From contig CAMOWA010000003.1 of NCBI GenBank assembly GCA_946628005.1, positions 28 to 64,027 of the forward strand: a DNA stretch of 64,000 nucleotides, given 5' to 3'. The notes below the pieces were generated by a model. That model saw only the letters and a list, made by a program, of their open reading frames with translations. It was not told where the DNA came from and searched no databases. Source of the stretch: an uncultured Bacillales bacterium (GTDB lineage: Bacteria > Bacillota_I > Bacilli_A > RF39 > UBA660). A program made the position numbers and the translations under genes. Positions 19,842 through 29,310 of the stretch are shown piece by piece (position 1 is the stretch's first letter; every line of letters begins with the position of its first letter).

Positions 19842-20726
19842 ATGAATATAGATTATAATTTATATAAAATATTTTTATATTTATATGAAGAAAAAAGTAT
19901 CTCTAAGACAGCTAATAAATTGTATGTTTCTCAACCTGCTATTAGTTATAGTTTAAAAGAATTAGAGCAACAATTAGGGTATACATTGTTTTATCGTAAT
20001 TCTAAGGGGATTGAACCAACTATTGAAGCAAAAGAACTCTATGGCTATTTATCTTGTGCTTTTAATATTATAAAAAATGCAGAGGAGCATATTACTAATT
20101 TAAATCATTTAACGAAAGGAACAATTCATGTTGGAGTTCGATCTTATCTTCTTGTTTCTTTTTTAGAGGAGTTTATTCATAATTTTTTAATTAAGTATCC
20201 AAATATTCATTTTAAGATTACTTCATTATATGATGAGGATTGTTCTAAGTTATTAGAGAATGGTGTAATAGATTTGTTAATTGATGTTTTCCCTTTTTCT
20301 AATAATGAAATCGTAAAGAAAAAGTTAGATGTTTGGAATGGTTGCTTTTTTTATAATAAAAATTTATTTCATGTTTCTAATCTATCGTTTAATGATTTAT
20401 CTAATTTTTCTGTTATCTTACCAAATTCTTCTTCTCTAAGAGGAAAATTAGATGAAGTAATATCTTCTTCTAATGTACAATTTTCTAATATTATTGAATC
20501 TGATAATGTTGAATTTATTATTGATTTTGTTAGAAAAGAGAAATATATTGGTTTTTTGCCTTATGAAATTTTAGATAAATTAGAAGATAAAACGTTATTT
20601 GAAAAAATTTATTTTGAAGATAAAAATTTAACTTATGATATTTGTTGCTGCTACAAAGATGAATTTTTAAATCCAGCTAGTAAAAAATTTGTTGAAATGT
20701 TAGATGAAAAAGAAAGTGTTAATTAA
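19842..20726 (+). CDS. LysR-family transcriptional regulator
   Basis: N-terminal HTH SISKTANKLYVSQPAISYSLKELEQQLG. Length is 294 aa. Confidence 0.8.
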   Translation: MNIDYNLYKIFLYLYEEKSISKTANKLYVSQPAISYSLKELEQQLGYTLFYRNSKGIEPTIEAKELYGYLSCAFNIIKNAEEHITNLNHLTKGTIHVGVRSYLLVSFLEEFIHNFLIKYPNIHFKITSLYDEDCSKLLENGVIDLLIDVFPFSNNEIVKKKLDVWNGCFFYNKNLFHVSNLSFNDLSNFSVILPNSSSLRGKLDEVISSSNVQFSNIIESDNVEFIIDFVRKEKYIGFLPYEILDKLEDKTLFEKIYFEDKNLTYDICCCYKDEFLNPASKKFVEMLDEKESVN

Positions 20727-20737
20727 ACACTTTTTTT
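20714..20737 (+). terminator. Rho-independent terminator
   Basis: AAGTGTT/AACACTT stem followed by T7. It lies inside the track's extended PBP ORF, which supports the start at 20761. Confidence 0.65.
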
Positions 20738-20760
20738 CATATTGTTTAACGAGGTGGATT

Positions 20761-22004
20761 ATGTTTACTAAAAGTATTGATAAAAGAATTAAAATATTAT
20801 TTTTTGTGTTTTTGATTCCTTTTTTTCTTATTCTTATTAAGGTCTTTTATATTCAGGTTTTTGAGTATAAAAAATTAAATAAGTTAGCTAAAAATTTATG
20901 GAGTAGGGATTTGGAAATACAAGCAGAGAGAGGTAAAATATTTGATAGAAATGGTGTTGTTTTAGCGGATAATTTAACTACCACTTCTTTAGTTATTCTT
21001 CCAAATCAGGTAAAAGATAAGGAGCTTGTTACTAAGAAGTTAGCAACTATTTTGAATGTTTCTTATGATTCTATGAAAAGGCATGTTTATAAAAAAACTT
21101 CAATTGAGAGAGTTCATCCAGAGGGAAGAAGGCTTTCTTATGATGTTGCTGAAAAGATTCAGAGGCTTCATTTTGATGGTGTTTATTTAGTTAAAGAATC
21201 TAAGAGAGATTATCCTTATAAGGATTTACTTTCACATTCTTTGGGTTATGTTGGTATTGATAATCAAGGGTTATCTGGATTAGAATATCAATATGATAAA
21301 ATTTTAACTGGTGAGAATGGAGCTATTAAATATTTTAGTGATGCTCATGGTAATAAATTATCTGTTAGTGATCAATATGTTTCTCCAAAGAATGGTTTAA
21401 ATATTAATTTAACTATTGATTTAAATATTCAAAAATCTTTGGAGAGAGAATTATCTAATATTAAAGATATGTTTCAGCCGGAGATGGCTCTTGCTATTGT
21501 AGTAGATCCAAAAAATGGTGAAATACTTGGAATGAGTTCTTATCCGGATTATGATCCTAATCAATATCAAAAATTTAGTTCATCTTCTCTAAGTCGTAAT
21601 CTTCCAATTTGGGCTAGTTATGAACCTGGAAGTACTTTTAAAATTGTAACAATGGCTTCTTCTGTTGAAGAAAAAGTTATTGATATTTTTAAAGATCGTT
21701 TTTATGATTCTGGTAAAGTTAGTGTTGATGGAAGTGTACTGAAATGTTGGAAATCTGGAGGACATGGAGATCAAACTTTCTTAGAAGTGTTACAAAATTC
21801 TTGTAATCCTGGCTTTGTAAAACTTGGTCAATTGTTAGGAAAAGAAAGATTGTTTTCTTATATAAAAAATTTTGGTTTTGGTGAAAAAAGTGGGATTGAT
21901 TTAAATGGTGAGGGAACAGGAATATTATTTCCAATGGAAAAGATTGGTAATGTTGAACTTGCTACTTCGGCTTTTGGGCAAGGGATTAGTGTCACACCTA
22001 TACA
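20761..22004 (+). CDS. spoVD: SpoVD-like class B penicillin-binding protein, 5' segment (interrupted)
   Basis: gaggtgg RBS and ATG at 20761. TM segment, PBP dimerisation region, SxxK (STFK) and SxN (SCN). The frame runs ..AFGQGISVTP and then 4 codons into the insert before a stop. Confidence 0.8.
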
Positions 22005-22021
22005 CCTTATTGTCTAATAAA
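21991..22021 (+). other. attL of element E1
   Basis: Core TACA at 22001-22004. Element-side arm GTCTAATAAA at 22012-22021, 7 nt from the CA dinucleotide. Confidence 0.7.
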
Positions 22022-22157
22022 TGATACCTTTATTATTATTAGAGGAATAAATAAGTAGTAAATATACGAAAAGTATGATATTGAGTATATATATAAACAT
22101 GTAAATTAACTTACATTTTAGTGTAAGTTTTTTAGAATTATATAAAAAAAAGCAAAA

Positions 22158-22176
22158 TTCGTACAAAATGTACGAA
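22158..22176 (+). promoter_or_regulatory. Operator-like perfect palindrome upstream of the E1 ATPase gene
   Basis: TTCGTAC-aaaat-GTACGAA, 65 nt upstream of the ATG at 22241. Confidence 0.4.
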
Positions 22177-22240
22177 AATGTTAAAAAAATATGTTTTTTT
22201 TGCACGGAAAGTGCTAAAATTTGTATAGAGGTGAATTTCT

Positions 22241-23536
22241 ATGTATAGAAAAATAGAAGAAGAATTAAAAAAGTGGAAGAATGATTATAAGATGCCACTT
22301 ATGTTAGTTGGCGCAAGACAAACAGGAAAAACATATATTTTAGAAGAATTTTGTAAGGAAAATTTTGATAATTATGTTTATATAAATTTGGATAAAGAAG
22401 AAAATATAGCTGAAATATTTGAAGAAACTATCGATCCAAATACAATAATAGAAAAAATAGAAATAATTAAAAATGTAGTTATTAATCCTGAGAATACAAT
22501 AATATTTCTTGACGAAATTCAAGTAAGTGAAAGAGCTATTACATCTTTAAAATATTTTTGTGAAAGTGAAAAACAATATAAAATTGTTACTGCTGGCTCT
22601 CTACTTGGAGTTAAAATCAATAGATTTAAATCATCATTTCCAGTTGGTAAAGTAACAATTAAATATCTATATCCAATGGACTTTGAAGAATATTTAATGG
22701 CCTTGAAGGAAGATAAGTTAATTAATGAAATAAAAACTCATTATGAATCTAATGAAGCTCTAATGAATCCAATACACGAAAAAGCATTAGATTTATATAA
22801 AAAATATTTAGTACTAGGTGGAATGCCTGCTATGATAAATAATTTTATAGATAATGAATGTAATATATCGCATGTTGATTTTACTTTACAAGAACAAATA
22901 ATAACTTCATATTTAGCAGATATGAATAAATATACTGAAAATAGTGAAGGAATTAAAAATAATCAAATATATAATTCTATACCTAAAGAACTTGCTAGAG
23001 TTAATAATACTTTTAAATATAGTATAGTAGATAAGGATGCTAGAAAAGTTAGATATGAAAGTAGTTTGGATTGGTTACTTGCTAGTAATATGATATTAAA
23101 ATGTGATATGACTGAAAAAAATGAATCTCCTTTAAAAGCATTTGCTAATTCTGATAAATTTAAATTATATTTAAGTGATGTTGGATTACTTAGATCATTA
23201 TCTAATTTAGATTACAGTGAAATTCTTTTAGATAAAAATGAAATGTTTAAGGGAGTCCTTACGGAAAATTATGTGGCATGTTCCTTATATCCTAATTCTA
23301 AAGAATTATATTATTATAATTTTGATAGATATGAAATAGATTTTTTAATAAAAATAGATGGAGATATTATTCCAGTAGAAGTTAAAAGTGGTAGAAGAAC
23401 TAATAGTAAAAGTTTAAATGAATATATAAAGAAATATAATCCTAACTATAGTATTAGAATATCTTCTAAAAATTTTGGCTTTGAAAATAAAATAAAATCT
23501 GTACCACTTTATGCAGTATTTTGTATTAATAAATAA
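22241..23536 (+). CDS. AAA+ ATPase (AAA_14 + DUF4143-type architecture)
   Basis: Walker A GARQTGKT and Walker B IIFLDEIQ. The 431-aa length and C-terminal EIDFLI..PVEVKSG segment are typical of DUF4143 ATPases. Confidence 0.7.
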   Translation: MYRKIEEELKKWKNDYKMPLMLVGARQTGKTYILEEFCKENFDNYVYINLDKEENIAEIFEETIDPNTIIEKIEIIKNVVINPENTIIFLDEIQVSERAITSLKYFCESEKQYKIVTAGSLLGVKINRFKSSFPVGKVTIKYLYPMDFEEYLMALKEDKLINEIKTHYESNEALMNPIHEKALDLYKKYLVLGGMPAMINNFIDNECNISHVDFTLQEQIITSYLADMNKYTENSEGIKNNQIYNSIPKELARVNNTFKYSIVDKDARKVRYESSLDWLLASNMILKCDMTEKNESPLKAFANSDKFKLYLSDVGLLRSLSNLDYSEILLDKNEMFKGVLTENYVACSLYPNSKELYYYNFDRYEIDFLIKIDGDIIPVEVKSGRRTNSKSLNEYIKKYNPNYSIRISSKNFGFENKIKSVPLYAVFCINK

Positions 23537-23787
23537 TAAAATGTAGTAATGTTTATAATATAACATTTAAAGATATGCTATTGAAGCAGCTTTAAGAATA
23601 ATTTATATATGGAGGTAATAAATATGACAATAAAAGATGAATTACGCGAGCAATTTAATTTTTTTTAAAAGACAATCATTTGAAAATAAAAAAGAGTATA
23701 AAAGAAGAATTATATTTGCCAGAGGTTAGAGGAAAAGTTATTGATAAGAAAAAAAGACATTATAATAAATAAGATGATATATTATAT

Positions 23788-23818
23788 GAAGAAAAACTAT
23801 ATGTTCTTCTTTTTTTTT
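23788..23818 (+). terminator. Rho-independent terminator within E1
   Basis: GAAGAA/TTCTTC stem followed by T9. It follows a frameshifted small-ORF relic at 23634-23772. Confidence 0.5.
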
Positions 23819-23898
23819 GAAAAATGATAGATAAAATATAAATTTCTGAGTTCTTTTTTTGTTTAAAAAAAATATAATTTAAAGAAAGGACAAAGTAT

Positions 23899-24105
23899 AT
23901 GAAAAATGAAAGTAAAGTACCATCTAAAATAATAGAGTTAGAAACAAGTATTAAATTACTTGAATATTTAAAACAAAGAAATACTATTGATGATGGGATG
24001 TATAATTTTACTATTAATAAATTATTAAATAAAATCGAAGTGGAAAAAAGTAAAATTAATGATGATTATATAAATAATATTAATAATTATAAATTATTAA
24101 TTTAG
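23899..24105 (+). CDS. Small 68-aa protein directly upstream of the E1 recombinase (candidate directionality factor or regulator)
   Basis: aaggac RBS. Its stop lies 10 nt before the recombinase ATG. No recognisable motif. Confidence 0.4.
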   Translation: MKNESKVPSKIIELETSIKLLEYLKQRNTIDDGMYNFTINKLLNKIEVEKSKINDDYINNINNYKLLI

Positions 24106-24115
24106 GAGGTGCGTT

Positions 24116-25777
24116 ATGGACTTGTATACAGTTAGGGAAAATATTATGAAAGGTATTAATCTCCAAGAATTAAATTTAAGAGTATGTTTTTATGCAAGAG
24201 TATCAACTGATAAAGATGAACAATTACATTCTTTACAAAGTCAAATATCTTTCTTTAATGATTACATTAGTAAAGTTCCTAACTGGGAATTTATAGGTTC
24301 ATATATTGATGAAGGTATTAGTGGTACACAGGTTAAAAAACGTGAAGAATTTTTAAGAATGATACGAGATGCTAAAAGACATAAATTTGATTTAATATTA
24401 ACAAAAGAAATATCAAGATTTTCAAGAAGTACATTAGATAGTATTATGTATACACAAGAATTATTATCTAATGGTGTTGGTGTATATTTCTTAAATGATA
24501 ATATAAATACAATATTACCTGATTCTGAACTTAGACTTACAATGATGTCTTCAATTGCTCAAGATGAAGTGAGGAGACTTTCTGAAAGAGTTTCGTTTGG
24601 TATGAGGCGAAGTATTGATAATGGTGTAGTGTTAGGTTGTTCTAATATCTATGGATATGTAAAAGATAAAGGAAAATTAGTTATAGATGAAGAACAAGCA
24701 GAAATGATTAAAATAATATTTGATAGATATGCTAATACGAGTGATGGTTTATCTAAAGTATCAAGATATTTATTTAGTTTAGGATATAAAAGTAGAACTG
24801 GTAAAAAGATTGATACAACAATACTTACTAGAATTATAGAAAATCCTAAATATAAAGGATATTATTGTGGACATAAATCAAAAGTATTGGATTATCGTAC
24901 TAAACAAAAGAAAAGATTAAATGAATCTGATTGGATTGTTTATAAGGACTATGATAATGTTCCACCAATAGTATCTGAAGAACTATGGGAACGAGCTAAT
25001 GTTAAATTAAAAGAGAGACAAGATAGTTTTACAAATCGTGCAGTTAATAAGAAAGTATTTCAAAATAGATATACTTATTCAGGAAAAATATATTGTGGAT
25101 GTCATAGTCTTACTTATCATAGATCAAGTGCTGGGAAAAGGAAAAATAATCCCGTATGGGAATGCCAAATATATAGGAAAGAAAGTTTAAAAGGATGTTC
25201 TAATCCTAGAGTTTTTGAACTAGAACTTGATGAAGTTTTTAAAGATATGTTTAATAAATTATTTAAAAGAAGAAATAATATATTTGATGAAATATTAAGT
25301 GAATGTAAGAATTATTTAGAAACTAATAATAATGAATCAGATATTAAAAATTTAGAGTCTAAAATAATAGTTTTAGATAATAAAAAGGATAAATTACTAG
25401 AACTTGTTATGGAGGAATACTTATCTAAAGAAGATTACAAAAAGCAAGTAGATTTAATAAATGAAGATTTAGTTATTTACCAAAGTAAAATAAATGAATT
25501 AAAAAACAATAAGAAAGATAAAAATTATATGGAAAATAAAATTAGTGAAATAAAAAATGTTTTAGAAAAGTCTTTAGAAGATGATAAATGCTATAGTGAT
25601 ATATTTAATGAGATAATAGATAGAATAATAGTTCATAAACAAAGTGATAAAGTGATTCAATTATATATTTTTATTAAGACAGGAGAAAGTGTATATACTA
25701 CTTCTGATAATTTATGCAAAAAGTTTCATTTATTAGACCCTGTTACAACAAGTTATGGCGGTTTCTGCTGTTGTTAA
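24116..25777 (+). CDS. Large serine recombinase (resolvase domain + recombinase domain + zinc ribbon + coiled coil)
   Basis: FYARVSTDKDEQLHSLQSQ contains the catalytic Ser. Also ILTKEISRFSR, the Cys cluster CGCHx..WECQ..C and a long coiled coil. The ORF reads through attR into the spoVD 3' segment. Confidence 0.9.
   Translation: MDLYTVRENIMKGINLQELNLRVCFYARVSTDKDEQLHSLQSQISFFNDYISKVPNWEFIGSYIDEGISGTQVKKREEFLRMIRDAKRHKFDLILTKEISRFSRSTLDSIMYTQELLSNGVGVYFLNDNINTILPDSELRLTMMSSIAQDEVRRLSERVSFGMRRSIDNGVVLGCSNIYGYVKDKGKLVIDEEQAEMIKIIFDRYANTSDGLSKVSRYLFSLGYKSRTGKKIDTTILTRIIENPKYKGYYCGHKSKVLDYRTKQKKRLNESDWIVYKDYDNVPPIVSEELWERANVKLKERQDSFTNRAVNKKVFQNRYTYSGKIYCGCHSLTYHRSSAGKRKNNPVWECQIYRKESLKGCSNPRVFELELDEVFKDMFNKLFKRRNNIFDEILSECKNYLETNNNESDIKNLESKIIVLDNKKDKLLELVMEEYLSKEDYKKQVDLINEDLVIYQSKINELKNNKKDKNYMENKISEIKNVLEKSLEDDKCYSDIFNEIIDRIIVHKQSDKVIQLYIFIKTGESVYTTSDNLCKKFHLLDPVTTSYGGFCCC
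25729..25747 (+). other. attR of element E1
   Basis: Element-side arm TTTATTAGAC at 25729-25738, 7 nt from the CA of the TACA core at 25744-25747. Confidence 0.7.
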
Positions 25778-26405
25778 TGGAGGATATTTATATAAACCTT
25801 ATATTGTTAAAAGTATAAGTGATGATGTAAATACTATTGTTCAACAAAATAGTAGAGTTTTAAGAAGAAAAGTGATTAGTTCGGAAACTTCCTCTATTAT
25901 GAGAATTGCTTTAGAAAGCGTTGTTGCTAAGGGTGGAGGAAAAAGTGCATATATTGAGGGATATCGTATTGGTGGAAAGACAGGTACTGCTCAGAAACAA
26001 CAAAATGGTGTTTATTTAGTTAATAATTATATTATGAGTTTTATGTCTATTGTTCCATCTAATGATCCTCGTGCTGTTTTATATTTAGCAATTGATAATC
26101 CTAAAAATACTGCAATGTTATCTAGTTATACAACTACACCAATCGCAAGAAGAATTTTATTAGATATTATTGATGCTTTAAAAATACCTAAACAAAAGGG
26201 TGGTATGGAAAAGGACTTAGAATGGAATGATAAATTAACTTATGAAGTTCCTAATGTAGTTGGTTTAAATGTTAAAGATGCTAAAAAACAATTATTTAAT
26301 TATGATGTTAAAATTATTGGTTCTGGTGATATCGTATATGAGCAATCTCCTAAAGCAGGAGAGGTAATTGAAGAAGGTAGTAAAATAAGAATTTATATTA
26401 ATTAG
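25748..26405 (+). CDS. spoVD: SpoVD-like class B PBP, 3' segment (KTG motif + single PASTA domain)
   Basis: In-frame continuation ..(I)QQVMAVSAVVNGGYLYKPYIV. KTGTA motif. C-terminal PASTA domain (VPNVVGLNVKDAKKQL..). Confidence 0.8.
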
Positions 26406-26531
26406 TATTTTACGATTATTTACGTCTTAATTTTTTTAGTTTTACCTTTCTTTATTAGAAAATAGTTATCAAGTTATTCTAAATATGGTAAAATTATATG
26501 TAGTAATTATTACTGGGAAGGAGTATCTAAT

Positions 26532-28196
26532 ATGAATGAGACCATTGGTTCAAAAGGTGGGCATAATGATAGAAGAAGGTCTTTAATTATTTCTCGAAAG
26601 AAAAAAGAAAAATTAAAAGAAGAACAAGAGATTAAAGAATTAGAGAAATCTGTTAAAAAGAATCGAAAATATGTTTTAATTAAAACTGTTCCTTTAGTTT
26701 TAGCTGAGGGGATTATTCAATTTGTTAGTCCTTCTACAAATCTGAAAAATAAGACAGATGAATATGGTGATGAAGATTTTGTTTTTACTGATGATTCCAG
26801 TAAAAAAAGCAGTAATACTACTTCTAAAAAGTCTAGAAAAAAGATTATTTCTATTAATGGAGAGAATGTTGTTGTTTCCATACCTCCAAATAAAAATAAT
26901 AAGAAGAAAGTACATGATGAAATAGAATTATTAGAAGAGGACAAGGATGAGAAAGATAAAAAGGAATTAAAGAATAAAAAAGATACTAAGAGTGAGAAAG
27001 ACAAGAATAGTTTCAATCCTGCTCCAATTTTAATACCTATTTCAATAGGAGAAAAGATTTTTAATAATTCTTCTTCTAAATCAGTTGATAAAACTCATTC
27101 TTCTGATGAAATGAAGATTATAGATAATATCCTTTCTTCATCAATAGAGTTAGAAAAAGTTAAATCTAGAAAGATAGTTGAGGCTTATGAAAAAGAGTTA
27201 AAGGATATTCGTTATGATTTAAGATTATTAATTTATGAATATAATCACTTAGTTGATGATGAAGAAAAATTATTATTTAGTGATGAAGCTGCTGATTTAT
27301 TAGATAAGCTTACTTCAGTTATTTCAAAGTTAGAAGAACTAGAAAAAAAGATTCAGATTGATGATTTAGATAAATATGATGATGATTATATTTATTATTT
27401 AATTGAAGAGTATATGAAGGAGTTTAAAAGTCAAAAAATTGTAGATGAGTTAAAAGATTCTCCACTATATATTGAAATAGTTGAAAAAATAGAAGAGCTT
27501 CAGCAAAAAAAAGATATTTTGTCTGGGCAAGTAGAAGAGAAGAAAACAAATTTTGAAGAGAGAGAAAAGAAGTTTGATGAATTAAAAGAAAAATTTAATA
27601 AAATTGAACAAATTAATAAAGAATTATTAGATTTTCAGTATGAGCAAGATGCTTTATTACAAGAAGCACGTGAAAAGGTTAGGGATGCTTTAACTGTTGA
27701 GGAGAAAGTTAAGGTAGAGATGAAAATTTTAGATAATCAAAGTAGAAGATTATTAAGGATGATTGCCTTGCGTATGTTTTTTCCTGGTAGTTTTTCTGCA
27801 AAAGCAATTTCTTCTTCTATCGCAGCTTATCTTTTGTTTACTCGTAGGCTTATTCAACCAGAGACTATTACAAAGAAGTATAAGGTAATTAAAGTAATTG
27901 ATTATGGTGAAGATATTAAAGACAGTATTTCTTCATTAGAAGGCGCTATTGATTTACTTGGAAAAACTGGGAAACAGGTTGATAGATTAATAGATGATAT
28001 TCATGATAAGTTTAAAGACTATATTGGTGTTGTAAAAGAATGTGATTATTTACTATATGATTTGAATAAAATTAAGGATAATATAAAAGAAAAAGAGTAT
28101 GAGATGGAAAGAATTAAAAAAGAGCAAGAAAATGTGTTAAAAGAAAATAATGCTAAAGTTTTGAAAATAGGTGAATATCCTATTGAAAATGTGTAA
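26532..28196 (+). CDS. Hypothetical K/E-rich coiled-coil protein with one central hydrophobic segment
   Basis: Long ORF. Possible extended -10 promoter (TGgTAAAAT) upstream. No recognisable motif. Confidence 0.5.
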   Translation: MNETIGSKGGHNDRRRSLIISRKKKEKLKEEQEIKELEKSVKKNRKYVLIKTVPLVLAEGIIQFVSPSTNLKNKTDEYGDEDFVFTDDSSKKSSNTTSKKSRKKIISINGENVVVSIPPNKNNKKKVHDEIELLEEDKDEKDKKELKNKKDTKSEKDKNSFNPAPILIPISIGEKIFNNSSSKSVDKTHSSDEMKIIDNILSSSIELEKVKSRKIVEAYEKELKDIRYDLRLLIYEYNHLVDDEEKLLFSDEAADLLDKLTSVISKLEELEKKIQIDDLDKYDDDYIYYLIEEYMKEFKSQKIVDELKDSPLYIEIVEKIEELQQKKDILSGQVEEKKTNFEEREKKFDELKEKFNKIEQINKELLDFQYEQDALLQEAREKVRDALTVEEKVKVEMKILDNQSRRLLRMIALRMFFPGSFSAKAISSSIAAYLLFTRRLIQPETITKKYKVIKVIDYGEDIKDSISSLEGAIDLLGKTGKQVDRLIDDIHDKFKDYIGVVKECDYLLYDLNKIKDNIKEKEYEMERIKKEQENVLKENNAKVLKIGEYPIENV

Positions 28197-28274
28197 ATAT
28201 AATTGTAAAGTTTTTTTAATCTATCATATTGTTTATATGATTATGATATAATGTTTTAGGAATGGAGTGGTTAT

Positions 28275-29255
28275 ATGTTATTATTAACCAAAGCTGTTTT
28301 TGCAATTATGATTGGTTTTTTGTCTTCGGCTATACTTGGACTTGTTTTGTTACCAGTTTTAAGGCATTTAAGAGTTGGACAAAAAATTTCTATTTTTGTG
28401 CAAGAATCGCATCGTAAAAAAGAAGGGACTCCAACTATGGGAGGGTTAATTTTTATTATTCCAACTGTAGTTGCTACTTTGTTACTTATTTGTACTAACC
28501 GAATTAGTTATACTTCCAATTTAGGAATTGTTTTACTTGTTTTTATTGGATATGCCTGTATTGGTTTTTTAGATGATTTTTTATCTATAAGAAAAGCAGA
28601 TAATGAAGGGTTAACTACTTATCAAAAACTATTTATGCAAGTTGTAATTGCTATTGGATTTTTCTATATTTATATGAGAAGTGGTGGACAAACTGCATGG
28701 GTTGTTGGAACGTTACATATTGATTTAGAACTTGGATGGTTATATGGTCTTGCAATTTTATTTGTTTTGGTTGGTGCTAGTAATGCAGTTAATTTAACGG
28801 ATGGATTAGATGGTTTAGCAGGGGGGTTGTCTGCAATTGCTTTTATTGCTTTTGCTTTAATATCTTTATCTGTTGGTTTTGAAGATATTGGAATTTTTAG
28901 TTTAATATTAGTTGGTAGTTTAGTTGGCTTTTTAATTTATAATTCTCATCCTGCAAAAGTTTTTATGGGTGACACTGGTTCTTTAGCATTAGGGGCTGTT
29001 ATGGGAGCAATTGCTATTTTGACACATAGAGAATTAACTTTATTAGTTGTTGCATCTATATTTGTTATTGAAACATTAAGTGTAATTTTACAAACATTTT
29101 GGGTATTAGTTTTTCATCGAAAATTATTTTTAATGACTCCTATTCACCATCATTTTGAAAAACTTGGTTGGCAAGAGACAGATATTGTTAAATTATTTTG
29201 GGTTGTAGGATTAGTTTTATCAATGGCTGGTATTATATTTGGGGTATGGGTTTAG
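28275..29255 (+). CDS. mraY: Phospho-N-acetylmuramoyl-pentapeptide transferase
   Basis: KEGTPTMGG, NAVNLTDGLDGLA, VFMGDTGSLALG and HHHFE motifs. Confidence 0.92.
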   Translation: MLLLTKAVFAIMIGFLSSAILGLVLLPVLRHLRVGQKISIFVQESHRKKEGTPTMGGLIFIIPTVVATLLLICTNRISYTSNLGIVLLVFIGYACIGFLDDFLSIRKADNEGLTTYQKLFMQVVIAIGFFYIYMRSGGQTAWVVGTLHIDLELGWLYGLAILFVLVGASNAVNLTDGLDGLAGGLSAIAFIAFALISLSVGFEDIGIFSLILVGSLVGFLIYNSHPAKVFMGDTGSLALGAVMGAIAILTHRELTLLVVASIFVIETLSVILQTFWVLVFHRKLFLMTPIHHHFEKLGWQETDIVKLFWVVGLVLSMAGIIFGVWV

Positions 29256-29279
29256 AACTTTATAAGTTCTTTTTTTTTT
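29254..29279 (+). terminator. Rho-independent terminator between mraY and spoVE
   Basis: AGAACTT-tat-AAGTTCT followed by T10. Confidence 0.65.
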
Positions 29280-29310
29280 ACAATATTCATATTATTTTAT
29301 AGGTGATAAG

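Larger units (their letters stand above)
22003..25747 (+). mobile_element. E1: ~3.74-kb serine-recombinase intervening element inside spoVD
   Basis: It separates the two colinear halves of one PBP gene. It carries an AAA ATPase, a small ORF and a large serine recombinase. TACA is shared at both junctions. The ends form a perfect 10-bp inverted repeat symmetric about CA. Confidence 0.8.

Noticed and set aside
20740-20760. Sporulation sigma-factor promoters (SigE/SigK/SigG type) upstream of spoVD, spoVE, gpr, spoIIP and the two recombinases
   Set aside because: In DNA this AT-rich, partial matches (for example TCATATT at 20747) occur everywhere. None had both elements at correct spacing, so none is reported.
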